Assembly (NCBI GenBank): GCA_965235115.1
Contig: OZ249444.1
Location: 12,400,001-12,464,000, forward strand
Length of the DNA: 64,000 nucleotides
Origin: Laetmonice hystrix
Lineage: Eukaryota
Direction of reading: 5' to 3'
A program made the position numbers and the translations under genes. The notes beneath the pieces were generated by a model that was not told the origin of the DNA, made no database searches, and worked only from the letters and a program-made list of their open reading frames with translations. Every line of letters starts with the position of its first letter. Within the stretch, counting starts at the first letter, position 1. Positions 1-10,898 of the stretch are shown one piece after another.

Positions 1-249
1 AATTTCAGATAAATAGGTCAAAACGTGTACAAATAGGGCCATTTCTAAAACTTCGTGTCAAAAATTGCAATCCCGGACCAGGGTCATTAGCGTGAAGCCG
101 CACGTCTTTTAAGCGGGAAACTGCCCTGAAAAACTGTCGCGTTGAATGACCCAGTTTTCTTGGTGTGTGTCCCAGTTAAGGCAGGGTTGTTGCCACTGTG
201 TCTGAATGACGTGACGTCAAATGTATAAAATGCCCCGTGCCAAAAACTG

Positions 250-714
250 GTGGCCAGTCCCGACTTAAACCGCATGGATTACACCATTTGGGATTCCCTG
301 TCTGTAAACGTCTATAGGCTAAAATTCGCAAACAAAAATTCGCCTAGAACGAACTGAAAGAGAAAATTCGGGACCGGTGGAAGGGAATTACTCTAGAAGA
401 AGTCAGGAAGTCAGCTGGGATATTCAAAAAGAGACTAAGGGCTGTGTGTGAACAGTGAACGGTATGGGGGTCACATCCATCACATTTTCATTTCAACTGA
501 AATAGGTGGGTGACACTTACATGGCTCTCCGCCATTGGATTTTTCGACAAGTGATGTTTGATTTGTTTCCACATAAAGAGTTTTTGGCCTATCTGCCAAC
601 AATTTTCACCACGAAATGCTATTAACCATATAACATGATGCCCTAAATATCAAGTCAATCTGGTCAAAAGTTATGGAACGTTATGGTAAGATTATGACCT
701 GTATGCCCTCTGTA
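250..714 (+). pseudogene. Tc1/mariner transposase C-terminal relic plus right end of the element
   Basis: Translation from 256 gives SPDLNRMDYTIWDSLSVNVY, then after a frameshift ELKEKIRDRWKGITLEEVRKSAGIFKKRLRAVCEQ*..GGHIHHIF. This matches the SPDLNP(L/I)D/E...RL.AV...GGHIE tail of Tc1/mariner transposases. The sequence ends in ...CCCTCTG|TA at 713-714, like a CAG-type TIR with a TA target. It is disrupted by a frameshift and a stop. Confidence 0.75.
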
Positions 715-729
715 GTAGCTACAGTTGGT

Positions 730-900
730 CAGTTACCCGGAAGTATTGTGCACATGCACTCCCGACGTGATACTGAAATCGGCACAAGTCAGTAGGCTGT
801 CGAATAGTCCGGTATAAGGACTTCCGTTTTCGTAACGCTATGGTGTGGGAGTGATACGGCCGTGGGGGATATTCTTACCCGTGACGTCACGGCAGTTTAC
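730..900. promoter_or_regulatory. CpG-containing promoter-like segment (ETS CCGGAAGT 737-744, CRE TGACGTCA 882-889) upstream of the SBP gene
   Basis: The motif matches are seen directly; function is inferred only from position. Confidence 0.2.
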
Positions 901-1335
901 TGACTTGAGCCACTTTTGTGTGCTACAGAGTAAAATATCAACATTTCTGATGACATACTACTGTATGTAGAGATCTATTCATTACAGACCAGTTTGCAGT
1001 TTTTCACCACTTTCCTGGTGCTCAAAGTCACTGGACCGCCCAGCCTCGCACCACGGCCAATGTTCAAACACCTTGACGGCGGACCTATTTTAAGGCACTC
1101 TTCCGTGTTGCCATGTTGGCAAAACGTTTGAATGCGTCCTTTTTATGGCATATTATTGTAGAATCTTTGCTATCTCGAGTATTGCAGCGCCAGTGTGGAT
1201 GAAAAGGAAAGGGATTTAAGTTGATCGAAGGGCAGGAATCCCACTGTTGATCATCTCATCGATTCCTCATCGGAGGGTATCTCCTGGGTTAGGCCCGACG
1301 TCATCAAACTGGGGAATACCCGACATCTATTTCAG

Positions 1336-1404
1336 TCCAGCACTTAACAAGATCATGATGATCCTTGGGACTATATTGAAATGTGGTTCAAGACTAAGTA
1401 ACAA
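1336..1404 (+). other. Possible upstream (5'UTR or in-frame) exon of the SBP gene
   Basis: It is flanked by tttcag| and |gtaagt. A 73-bp intron (1405-1477) would end at tctacag|, 1 nt before the ATG at 1479. ATG 1355 would be in frame across this junction. Confidence 0.4.
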
Positions 1405-1478
1405 GTAAGTTACTTAGAATTAAGTAAGCAAACATAGGAAAGAAGCCAGGTTGAGACGGAGGTCGTCTGGTCTACAGC

Positions 1479-1621
1479 ATGCAGCTGGGTCTGACCTTAC
1501 AATTGGTGACCGTGTGTGTCGCCATGGGAACAGTCAAGTTAACATCCATCGACGACGATGAAGGTCGGGGAAACATGTGGAAGGTGGCGGTCGGTATGGA
1601 CTGGGGCGCCCACGAGTACAT
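1479..1621 (+). CDS. Secreted family-3 solute-binding-protein-like gene, coding exon 1 (signal peptide, MQLGLTLQLVTVCVAMGTVK...AVGMDWGAHEY)
   Basis: Hydrophobic N-terminus. Donor AT|gtatgt (phase 2) joins the exon at 3903 to give HEYINERG. Confidence 0.8.
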
Positions 1622-1973
1622 GTATGTAGGGCCGCTATATAATCACGTTTTAATGTCGATTCTGAACAGAAACATGGACTCTAAATAACGGAACATGTCA
1701 CCTCCATAACAGTAGGCCTAGGTGGGCAAGACTAAAATATCAAGAGAAGATATATATAGGGTAGAGTCTACCCGGTATATGGCTGGATGTAGTCCATATG
1801 GCGTATGGAGTCATATGGCGTTTCACAAAAAGTATGTCTGCATTGCTGTTCTCCGATATGATCCAATGCTCCCCTGTACCTTTCTATGTGGACTTGGTGG
1901 GCATTATGTAAAATATATTCTGAATGTCGCCAAAATTTAATAACTGAAAATGACCTACTTGGCTACCGAGACC

Positions 1974-2735
1974 CCGGGCTGCGTTCAGATGGGCTGTTCT
2001 TGAAACTCAAACATGTTCTTGTTGTTCGGATGCACTGAGGAACGAATACGAACGTTGTTCTTTTCATCCGAACAGTGCCGAACATGTTCACGAACATTGT
2101 TCTCCCCACTCCCCAACAAGGCAGGGGTGAGAAGAACAAATATGGCGGACTGCATACCATCAACGTCAGTGTTCTCATGTCAAAATTGGAATATTTGTAT
2201 ATTTATTCATGAACAGAGTTATTTTGAAAGAAAAGATGCTTAGTATCAATCATATAGGATACCGGTAATTGACTGACCAAGGAGAGCAGTTAGGCCTAGG
2301 CCTATGTGGTAAACACAGCCGCTGTGGCACTGGGCGTTGTGAAACTTGCGGCAGTTGCGCTAAGCCAAGCTGCCGACGCTGGACAGGTCGATCACAGGTG
2401 CTAGCTTGCAAAGTTGACAGTGGCGGATCCACAGGGGTCCAAAAAGGCCTTGCCTCCCGCCCCCCCCCCCCCCCCAAAAAAAAAAAAAATCCTTTAAAAC
2501 AACTACCAAAGGCATCACGCTGTCACATTTTGAAAGAACTAGTGATTCCTCACCAGATAACTGTTCAATTCATCATTGCTGGGTGCAGCCATTTTGTAAG
2601 GTTATAGTTCTCGGTGTTTGGATGGTGCTATGAAGAACATGTTCCAGGTGCATGTTCTTTGTTGTTTGGATGATCAGGAACATGTTCCTGAAGTGTTCAG
2701 GAACATCAAGAACAGCCCATCCGAACGCAGCCCGG
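1974..2735. mobile_element. Non-autonomous DNA transposon (MITE; Harbinger-like termini) in SBP intron 1
   Basis: About 30-bp TIRs: CCGGGCTGCGTTCAGATGGGCTGTTCTTGA (from 1974) and TCAAGAACAGCCCATCCGAACGCAGCCCGG (to 2735). Subterminal GAACA/TGTTC motifs are repeated. No coding capacity. Confidence 0.7.
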
Positions 2736-3735
2736 GAGTTGTTTTTTATATTCGTACGCACACGGCTATGCAAATTATGGTGGTGCAAATTAAAAGCTCT
2801 CGTATGACCTGAAATTCGTGAGATACCCCCTGATTACATCCAGCCAGAGACCCTATAGCTTCTCTTAATATTTGTACTAGCAAACATATATTTCGAATAT
2901 TGCCAGCATTAAGCCGGGTTTCCATGCACGTTGTCCGTTTCCGATTCGATCTTTTATGTCTATTTCCAATGGGAGTTTCCATGTGTAGGCCTACGTGAAA
3001 TAGACATAAACGATCGAAACGGATAACGAAAATTCTGGAACTACATTCGTTGCGGACTGTTGCTGAAGATGTGTTCGACACCACAATACGTTCAAACGAT
3101 TCATCATGTTTGCGTCCACTCGGGCTAGTTTTTGTAATTTGTGACAATTGGAACGACCGAGCCATTTCCGGTTTATATTGCTATTCAGGAAATAGACTCG
3201 GATAGTAAAAGTGTAGAAAGTCGACGGACATTTAACGGCAATGCGCCAGAGGTGTGGTGTGGTCTCTGATTCGGCCGATTGAAAATTTAGTGCAGTCGAT
3301 TGACCAACTGTTTTAGGTGTTTTTCTTTTTAAATGCACGGGCATCAGGCGTTTGAGAATGTCCGGAAAGAGAAAAGTTGTATAGTCCTCGGAATCGAACC
3401 CCAGCCCGACTTTTACCATAATGGCGGCGCCGACACGATGCCATAGCCATGGTATAGGTAGGTGCCATTTTGAAGATGGCGTTCTTAGTACTTACTACCG
3501 AGTTTATATCCCGAAATTGACTCGGTCGTGTCGATTGGTGCTGTCAGCGCAAGTTCGAAGAAATAACTGGCGCCACCTGGTGAGTATGGTGGAGAATGCA
3601 GGAACCTAAACTGATCCCCTGCCCTGTGAGGCAGGGGACCAGTCTAGCTGGAACCTAACTCTTGAAGAACAGCAGCTGCTGAGACATGGCTCTATTCCGT
3701 TATACTCCGCCAATCAGCTGTAAAAGTAACGTTGA

Positions 3736-3803
3736 TGCTCTCTCCTTTCTCCCTCCCCCTCTCCCTTTCTCTCCTTCTCTATGTCTCTCTGTCTCTCTTT
3801 CTC

Positions 3804-3858
<55 letters not shown>

Positions 3859-3860
3859 CT
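3736..3860. repeat. (CT)n microsatellite
   Basis: Seen directly; it produces the spurious SLSLSL ORF 3781..4014. Confidence 0.95.
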
Positions 3861-3902
3861 AAGTAACGATGTTATGTACACCATTTTATTTTTACTTTTT
3901 AG

Positions 3903-3952
3903 CAACGAGAGGGGTTATTTGACCGGATTCGGAATCGAGTTCGTTGATTTAG
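3903..3952 (+). CDS. SBP-like gene coding exon 2 (NERGYLTGFGIEFVDL)
   Basis: Acceptor tttttag| and donor G|gtaggc. The peptide matches the D..G.L.GFD(I/V)DL motif of SBP_bac_3. Confidence 0.85.
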
Positions 3953-4205
3953 GTAGGCCTATGTTATTGTTACTATTAGATCTCTGTCTCTTTCATGCCA
4001 TATCGATAAGATAATGCTAGAAGATGTAAGTGGCTAAAAGGGGGGGGGATTTAAGTGGATGTTCCGGACGAAGTTGTCGGAGGCCTATAATATTCTGTTT
4101 TTATGGCTTCGCGTAAAGTTCCCACTTGTACTAAGATTTTGAAAGAATCTTTTATACGATATCAAGAAAAAAAATACTTGTCACATTCGTGCTCGTTTTC
4201 CTCAG

Positions 4206-4301
4206 TATGCGAGGCTGCAGGGATGATTTGCCTGACAGTGAGAGACACATACGAAAACTGTTGGAACACATCAAACGGGCAACATGCCACAGGAGGCAAA
4301 G
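4206..4301 (+). CDS. SBP-like gene coding exon 3 (VCEAAGMICLTVRDTYENCWNTSNGQHATGGK)
   Basis: Acceptor ttttcctcag| and donor AAAG|gtaaaa, phase 1/1. It contains a C-x6-C as in HisJ/LAO. Confidence 0.85.
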
Positions 4302-4887
4302 GTAAAACTACTGATGTAGGCCTAATATTCTACCCCAAGTATGCATGTATCAGGAGCATCAGGAGCCATTTTGAAGTGTGTGTTATCGTTGACCTCTTCC
4401 AAGTAAGCTTGGCTCTTTTATATAAACATAAATGATAAATTTAACAATATAAATGAAAGATATAAATATAATTTTTAAAACATATAAATGAAAATATTTA
4501 TAACGATGGGAATTACTACCTTGACTGTTTTGAAATCTTTATGTACTGACCTTTTATATGGCTTTGGAAGATGTATGGGTGGTACAGGTCACGCCCGTCC
4601 CATCCAGTTCCGACGCCCCTGTGTATTGGGACCAAGCTTATCCTATAATATGTTTTATGATAACATATAAGAGTTAACCTATATTACCTACTGCAAGTGC
4701 ATATTCTTAAAAATATTTTGGTTTACTTATCAGGACCATATCCGGAGAGGGCGGTTCCAGGTTCATCCTCCCCATGGCAAATTTTGAATTCTATATTTGA
4801 AACGATGCTCCTGGTGCAGTCTGTGATTGCTTTGTTCTCCCGTTCTCCACAGAGCGCTGTACAAATTATCATTATCATATTTTACAG

Positions 4888-5061
4888 GTTTGCAGGGTCG
4901 CTGGTATGATGCCTGTATGGGGTGGGCAGTCACAGTCGAACGCATACACGTTTTCTCCTTCTCAGCCTCGTACCTGGAGCCGGACACGAGTGGCACCTTT
5001 TTCGTAAGAAAAGGCGAGGCAGAGGCGTTCAACCCCTTTGACCTTCAAAACAAGAAAATAG
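4888..5061 (+). CDS. SBP-like gene coding exon 4 (GLQGRWYDACMGWAVTVERIHVFSFSASYLEPDTSGTFFVRKGEAEAFNPFDLQNKKI)
   Basis: Acceptor tttacag| and donor ATAG|gtaaat. The peptide matches the L..G.(Y/I)DA......T.ER...F.F...Y core of family-3 SBPs. Confidence 0.9.
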
Positions 5062-5269
5062 GTAAATTATGAGGGCTAGGATACGTGCGTTTGTAGTCCA
5101 ATTTTGCGGTCCATAAAACTCCTACCAGACCGTTTTATGCTCTGCAAGACCATTGTAGAGATTCAATTCTTACCAGTTCTTTATCATTTTTTACAATATA
5201 TACAGACAATTATCATAGCCCCCTTTTTTCTGTAACTTATGTTAGCTTCTTTTCCTATATTGTTTTAAG

Positions 5270-5406
5270 GATTTTTAAAAGGCTGGACATATTCGGAAGA
5301 TTGCATTGCAAGGGAGAAAAGGATTCAAAATCACAAGCTTAAACAGATACAGATACACCAATCGGAGGGCCCTAAACAAATTATTGAAGAACTCGAAAAC
5401 GGAGAG
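5270..5406 (+). CDS. SBP-like gene coding exon 5 (GFLKGWTYSEDCIAREKRIQNHKLKQIQIHQSEGPKQIIEELENGE)
   Basis: Acceptor tgttttaag| and donor GAG|gtgacg. KKIGFLKG matches the K.IGV..G motif, and L.NGE precedes (F/I)DA. Confidence 0.85.
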
Positions 5407-5748
5407 GTGACGATTTATGCTAATGTTATACATGAATGAACCATGATAGTCAAATAGCTGTTGCCTTTGTTACCTACGTGAACGTGTGGCAATTCAGGAA
5501 TAAGTCTGAAGTTGAAAGTGATATCTTTTAGCCTGGACTAAGGACATCTTTTCGAGTCAATACTTTCCTTTTCATATTACCGTTCAAATTTTCCTTCTTT
5601 CTCCCCGTATTTCTTTATTTTATTTGAAGTTTGAAATGTTACAGTATTCATATATTAATTCAATCTTTGCGGGGCCGAAAACACTCTGCCTCTTGTCATT
5701 TCCATTCCTACGCGACTACATCCGACACCTTGCTATAACCCTCTGCAG

Positions 5749-5965
5749 TTTGACGCCATCTTCGCTGGGGGCCAGACATTCTCCAAAGCTCAGCGTGCGA
5801 CGATTGAGGCAGTTCCGGGTTTGAAAGTAACATGCATGTTGAACGGTAACGCTATGATGACGAGAAAAACGAGTTTTTTTAACGTTAAATGGAATGTTGG
5901 TTTCCATAAAGTCCGCGCCAATGGACGCTTCCAGAAGTTATGCGATCGGTGGCGCAAAGAGTATG
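5749..5965 (+). CDS. SBP-like gene coding exon 6 (FDAIFAGGQ...CMLNGNAMMTRKTSFFNVKWNVGFHKVRANGRFQKLCDRWRKEY)
   Basis: Acceptor ctctgcag| (phase 0) and donor TATG|gtacgt. The C-terminal part matches the RK....L...N..L..L...G.Y..L...W pattern. Confidence 0.85.
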
Positions 5966-6207
5966 GTACGTCTCGCTCTATTTTATTTTAACGGAACCCA
6001 AAAGATCAAAGCGTGTTGTGATTCACGTACGTCTCGGTGCGGATCAGTTACCTGAACTCACCATAAAACCCTTTACACTTCAGTTACACGACACAGTAGA
6101 TTTTGTATAACAACTAAAACGGTTTTTATTCAGTATTATAAATTTTAAGACTTCAGGTGGGATGATTTGGTATGATTTATTACGGTATTGTATTTCATTT
6201 TTTGCAG

Positions 6208-6236
6208 GTGATATTGGGGAGATACGGTGCCTTTGA
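6208..6236 (+). CDS. SBP-like gene last coding exon (GDIGEIRCL*)
   Basis: Strong acceptor tttcattttttgcag|, phase-compatible with exon 6. TGA at 6234-6236. The seven exons sum to 846 nt = 281 aa plus stop. Confidence 0.7.
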
Positions 6237-6348
6237 GTAGTGGGCCTACATGATTATGCCTGTGATTGAAGATTTCCAGGAGATTCTACAATGCTGTGAT
6301 AAACTGGGACATTCAATGCATCTGTCCGTTCGCAGTAGAATCAACCCA

Positions 6349-6354
6349 AATAAA
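6349..6354 (+). terminator. Candidate polyadenylation signal AATAAA of the SBP-like gene
   Basis: The hexamer lies 113 nt after the stop codon. Confidence 0.4.
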
Positions 6355-7129
6355 TGCAGTAAGATAAATTCCTATACAGCAACCTGAGCATGGCCGACAC
6401 TGAATAGCAGATATTGTATAGGTGAACCTTGTTGCTGTTCCGCTAATTCTTACCGATTTCAACCGAACCCACTATACCCCGGCCTTTACCTGACCAAGCT
6501 TGGAAGGATGGTGCCAAGAAGCATCCCCCAGAACTTTGTTTCGATATGAAAATGAATATCCTGTCGGACTAGTAAAAAACTAAGACTGATAACAGTGAAT
6601 GGTAGCCTAACTGAGAGCGGCAGTGGAAGGAATTTATTTGGATGGCAGGATGTCAGATGGCGTTAGTAGGCCTAGCACTGCGGTGTGGTTTGTTGGGTGG
6701 TCTCATGACGGCTACTGTAAATACACCTAGATAATGATCGCTTTAAATCTCATAGGTCTGGCTTTAAGACAGAATGCTACAAGGGTAGTTACGCTAAAAA
6801 TCCACGCTTTGACTTTCGCCTCGATGCTACTTTAAAGCGACAGTAACTGGCGTCTATAAATAGCACATCGACCGTTAGGAAGGAAGCCTCTTGCTCAATG
6901 CTGAAGGACGAGACTGTCGCTGTAACATGTCGAGGGAATACCGCAATTAAATTTGGTGGCTCCGCCTAGCGATATCCGAAGGTTCTCCATCGTGATTTGT
7001 CCGCATACTCACCAGGTGGCGCCAGTTATTTCCTCAAACTGGAATTACGGCAATCCGAGGGAGCGCGAGTGTGATTTGTACCGATTGGATATCTCGCAGT
7101 ACTACTGTGGCCGAAAAGCACAAACATTC

Positions 7130-8490
7130 TCAGCTGGGTGGTTTCGATCCTCAGGTCACAAATGTCGCTACTCAGATCATTCGGGATTCCCTCGGGCATA
7201 TGACGTCATATCTGCATATACCCTCGGGTGAAATGGGCGCCATTGGCAACCAGATACATGGCGAAATCGACCTTGGCCTGGTGCCCGGTCTAAACACTAC
7301 GTATATAGAGCCTGGTGATGGCCAATCGAAGCAAGCGTTGTGATTGGTCCATCAAAAACATTGGCCTCAAACGAGGTAGTTCCGTACCTTCCGTATTTCT
7401 CCAACAAGATACAGATATTTTCGTCAATCACTTTACAATACAAGTGTTAAATGTCCTCGCTTTTCTGGATGTAAGCATAGCGTCATCAGTTCCCATACCT
7501 GCTACGGTCTGCATACGGACATGCATGTTGGCCACTCCCGGCCACGCTCCAAGCAGAAGTCAATCACTCTGTTAACGCTGACAAACGGACCGGAGGCGGA
7601 AGTGATTAGCTCCGATGCGGAAGTGCTTGGAGATAACCACTTCCGTTTTACAGCTTTCTGTTAGCCATCACCGGGCCTAACATAGCGGATGCGTATGGTA
7701 GGCACCGGGGACCAGGCTAAATCGACCTGTGTAGCGAGGCACTGAGTGAACCGTCATATCCCATCGAGCCAGAAAGTAGTGCATTATTGAAACCTGCTTC
7801 TTGGCATCGTATGTGCAAATATATATTTTGTGGTATGAAGGGGAACGGTTGAACTGAAAAAAATCAATTACCTAATTTACCTAAATGGGCGCGATACGTT
7901 AATTTATCAAATTATGGGAAGCAATATGGCTGCGCCCATGAACGACAGCACCACGACAGATGGTACGACTACTTGTATCATGAACATGATACTCTCGTAA
8001 TATTGCCCACTGACTATGGGGAAAACACTGGAAGCCTATTTTAGTTGCTTCCCTGCCTGATGCAGGCAAAATACTGCAAGCACTGCCATGCTGTCGAGAG
8101 TCCCGGCTAAATGTACCCGCGATGCAATGCTCAAAATGGCGCCTATTTCACCCGAGGCTACTTTCAAAGATATGGCCGAGGATTCCCGAATGCGGTCAGA
8201 TGTTGCTACTCAGTTCGTCAATATCGATCCTCGGCTCGCAGATTTCGGTACTAGGGTCCAATGTTGCTACTCGGCTCGCAGATTCCGTTATTCGGGACAT
8301 TGGATCCGAGTAGCCTACCGAAATCTGCGAGCCGAGGATCGAAATCGACGACCCGAGTTGCAACATTTGACCTGAGTAGCGAAATTGGCGAGCCGAGATT
8401 CGAAATCGGCGAGCCGAGAAGCAAAATCTGACCAGAGTAGCGAAATCTGTGACCCAAGTAGCGACACATTTGACCCGAGGGCGCTGCAAG
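7130..8490. mobile_element. Degenerate foldback/DNA-transposon remnant with repeated subterminal motifs
   Basis: 7150-7250 is an imperfect inverted copy of about 8140-8230. 8190-8490 is built from CTCGGCTCGCAGATTTCG / CGAAATCTGCGAGCCGAG and GAGTAGCGA(C/A)ATTTG motifs in both orientations. Confidence 0.45.
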
Positions 8491-8639
8491 TTTGTTTTTG
8501 TTTTGTTTATAATTTCGTTTATTTACCCCGGAAAGGTTTTCGGTACAAGAGTGGCACCGGTTTTCAAAACCGTCCAGAACAAAACTGACATACATATATT
8601 CACACGTATGCCGGGAGATATAGTTAAGAGTGATTTTAA

Positions 8640-9955
8640 AGAGATGAAAAAATGAGAAATGAGAAATGAGATGAGATGGATGCGTCAGGTTAAAAACATC
8701 ACAGAATGCTGCAAGATTCAAAGGTAGTTCCGATATTTACATCTCAGTAATCTTTTTGGGGCATTTTTAAAACATGACATTTTAGGAATCTTTTTCAGGT
8801 TGACGTCCATATCGTTCCACATAATTGCACCTTTATAGCAGATACTTCTTTTGAATGCCTCAGTGTTGGGACGCGGAACTATAAAGGTTTTGTAATCATG
8901 AAGCCTGGTAGGCAGAACTCTGGTGTCAATGTAAACCGGATCGTTTCTTCTTTGATATATAAGGTTTAACAAGTATGCATTACGCCTGTCTTCAAGGAGG
9001 TTAATTTTAGCTCTTGAGTGGACGTCGAGTGTACTGGTTTCTGGCGGCAGGTTAAGGCATAGCTTTAGTCCTCTGTTTTTGGAGCCTTTGTAGTTTATTC
9101 AGGTGCCGCCGGTTGGTGCCGCTGTAAAGGATGTCACCATATTCAATGTAGGGAAGGACCATTATTTTGTATAACATGAGTCGTACATCAGTGGCAAGGT
9201 ATGGACGTAGCTTCGTTAAAAGGTATAGTTTGTGACTGGCCTTTTTGATTGTAAGTGATATATGCTTTTCAAAAGTCAGAGATCTATCTAGCGTGATACC
9301 AAGGTATTTGTAGGTATGCACCATGTCTAGGAAGGTATTTGCTACTTTAAGTGCAGGACTAGGGAGGATCTTTACTTTCTGTGGGGAAGCAAAGGCCATT
9401 ATTTTAGTTTTCTTAGTATTTCTAGTTAGGCAATTTTTATTGCACCAGTTACTCACGATATTCAAGTCTTCTTGAAGAAGTAGGGTCATTTTATCGAAGT
9501 CAGATCCGGAAATATACATCATAGTGTCATCAGCATGAAGTTTCACAGAAGAGTTCACAACATGAGAAGAGATATTGTTGACATAACACAGAAATAAAAC
9601 TGGACCCAAGATTGATCCTTGTGGTACACCACAGGAGCTAGTCAATGAACTAGACACCAGATTGTTAACGTAGACAGATTGTGTTCTTTCACATAAGTAA
9701 TTTCGCATCCATGCAACTGCATTTTTAGAGAGACCCAAGCATGAAAGCTTTTTTAACAGTATATTGTGATCAACTGTGTCAAACGCCTTTTTAAAGTCTA
9801 CAAATACAGCCAGCGTAGCTTGTGAGTTGTTCATTGCCGTATAGATAGCATCTGTTGGATGCTAGATAGATGGTTGAGATTGTAGAAAGGCCTTTTCTGA
9901 AGCCACCTTGATCAGGATTTAATAAGTTATTTGAATTAAGGTAATCCATTAGTTG
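8640..9955 (-). mobile_element. 5'-truncated CR1/L2-group LINE, reverse-transcriptase pseudogene
   Basis: ORF 9052-9834 has VFVDFKKAFDTVDH, GVPQGSILGPVLF, HADD (YADD altered) and YKYLG. A +1 frameshift at about 9082 links it to the C-terminal ORF 8718-8972. NLLNPDQGGFRK lies upstream at about 9890-9950. The 3' tail is short (CATCT/CATTTCT) repeats at about 8640-8680. Confidence 0.93.
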
Positions 9956-10898
9956 TTCTTAATTTCGCCTAGAGCATATAGTGTCGTTCCGTGTTGACAA
10001 CTTTACCGACAGGCGGCAGCACTAGTCTATAATTGCGGGAGCCGTAATGCTAAAACATAGATATACACGAAACATCATGGAATCCAAGGACACATCCTAC
10101 GTAGCAGTGGAAAATATATCTGTTTGAAGATTTCCTTTTTAATTGTATCTTTCTCAACTGAGAAGTGTTAATTAACATGGACCACACATGAGTCGTAGGC
10201 TACTAGATCTATAGACGCCTCCATCAAACCAGCATTTTTTCATTAGTGCATGCCTATTGCACATCTTCAAAAAAAGTTGTTTTTATTGAGGGTTGTTTTT
10301 TTTTTGTGTTTTGATTTTGTTAGTCGCGAAAGGGTTTCTCCCATTCAAGCTATCAATTTTGAAATAGACTTTTTACATGTAGAATTCATAAGATTAGAAG
10401 ACCAGTTCACATGTGGCACAAATGGAACCGTACCTGAGCTACACTAAGAAACCATTAAACACCATTAAACCGTTAACCCCCCCCCCCCCCCCCATTATCA
10501 GTTATTTCCACGCCCTGTACTGTGTATAGAGATATAGATCACACTGTACTGAAATGTGTTGTGGTTTTTTGTATATTTCAAAATATCCTGCAAGGGATGC
10601 AGTGCTGGCATGTTGTGACATCGAACTTAGAAATGGGAACTTGACAAAATTATAATCCTATGCCCTATAATGTTCTTAAGTCATTAAATTTGAAGGAAAA
10701 AATTGAATTGAGTCTCCTGTCTTCTTTGATTTGTTGATGCCATTAGGCCTAAAGGAAGGTCAAAGATATATCCATATAGTCTGCCCGAAAACCAATGAAA
10801 AAAACCAACGCCTAACTGGATGAAAATTGCCCAGAAGTTGGGAAACGTGCATGTTTAGAATTTAGGCCTATAATAGGCCTAGGCCGTAAACACTGAGC

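Noticed and set aside
5455-5532. Frame IAVAFVTYVNVWQF... as the SBP exon after NGE
   Set aside because: There is no AG acceptor in the right phase and the frame ends in a stop. The exon at 5749 (FDAIF) has a proper acceptor and fits better.
1479-6236. Bacterial contamination as the source of the SBP-like sequence
   Set aside because: The gene has six spliceosomal introns containing animal repeats and is contiguous with CASK.
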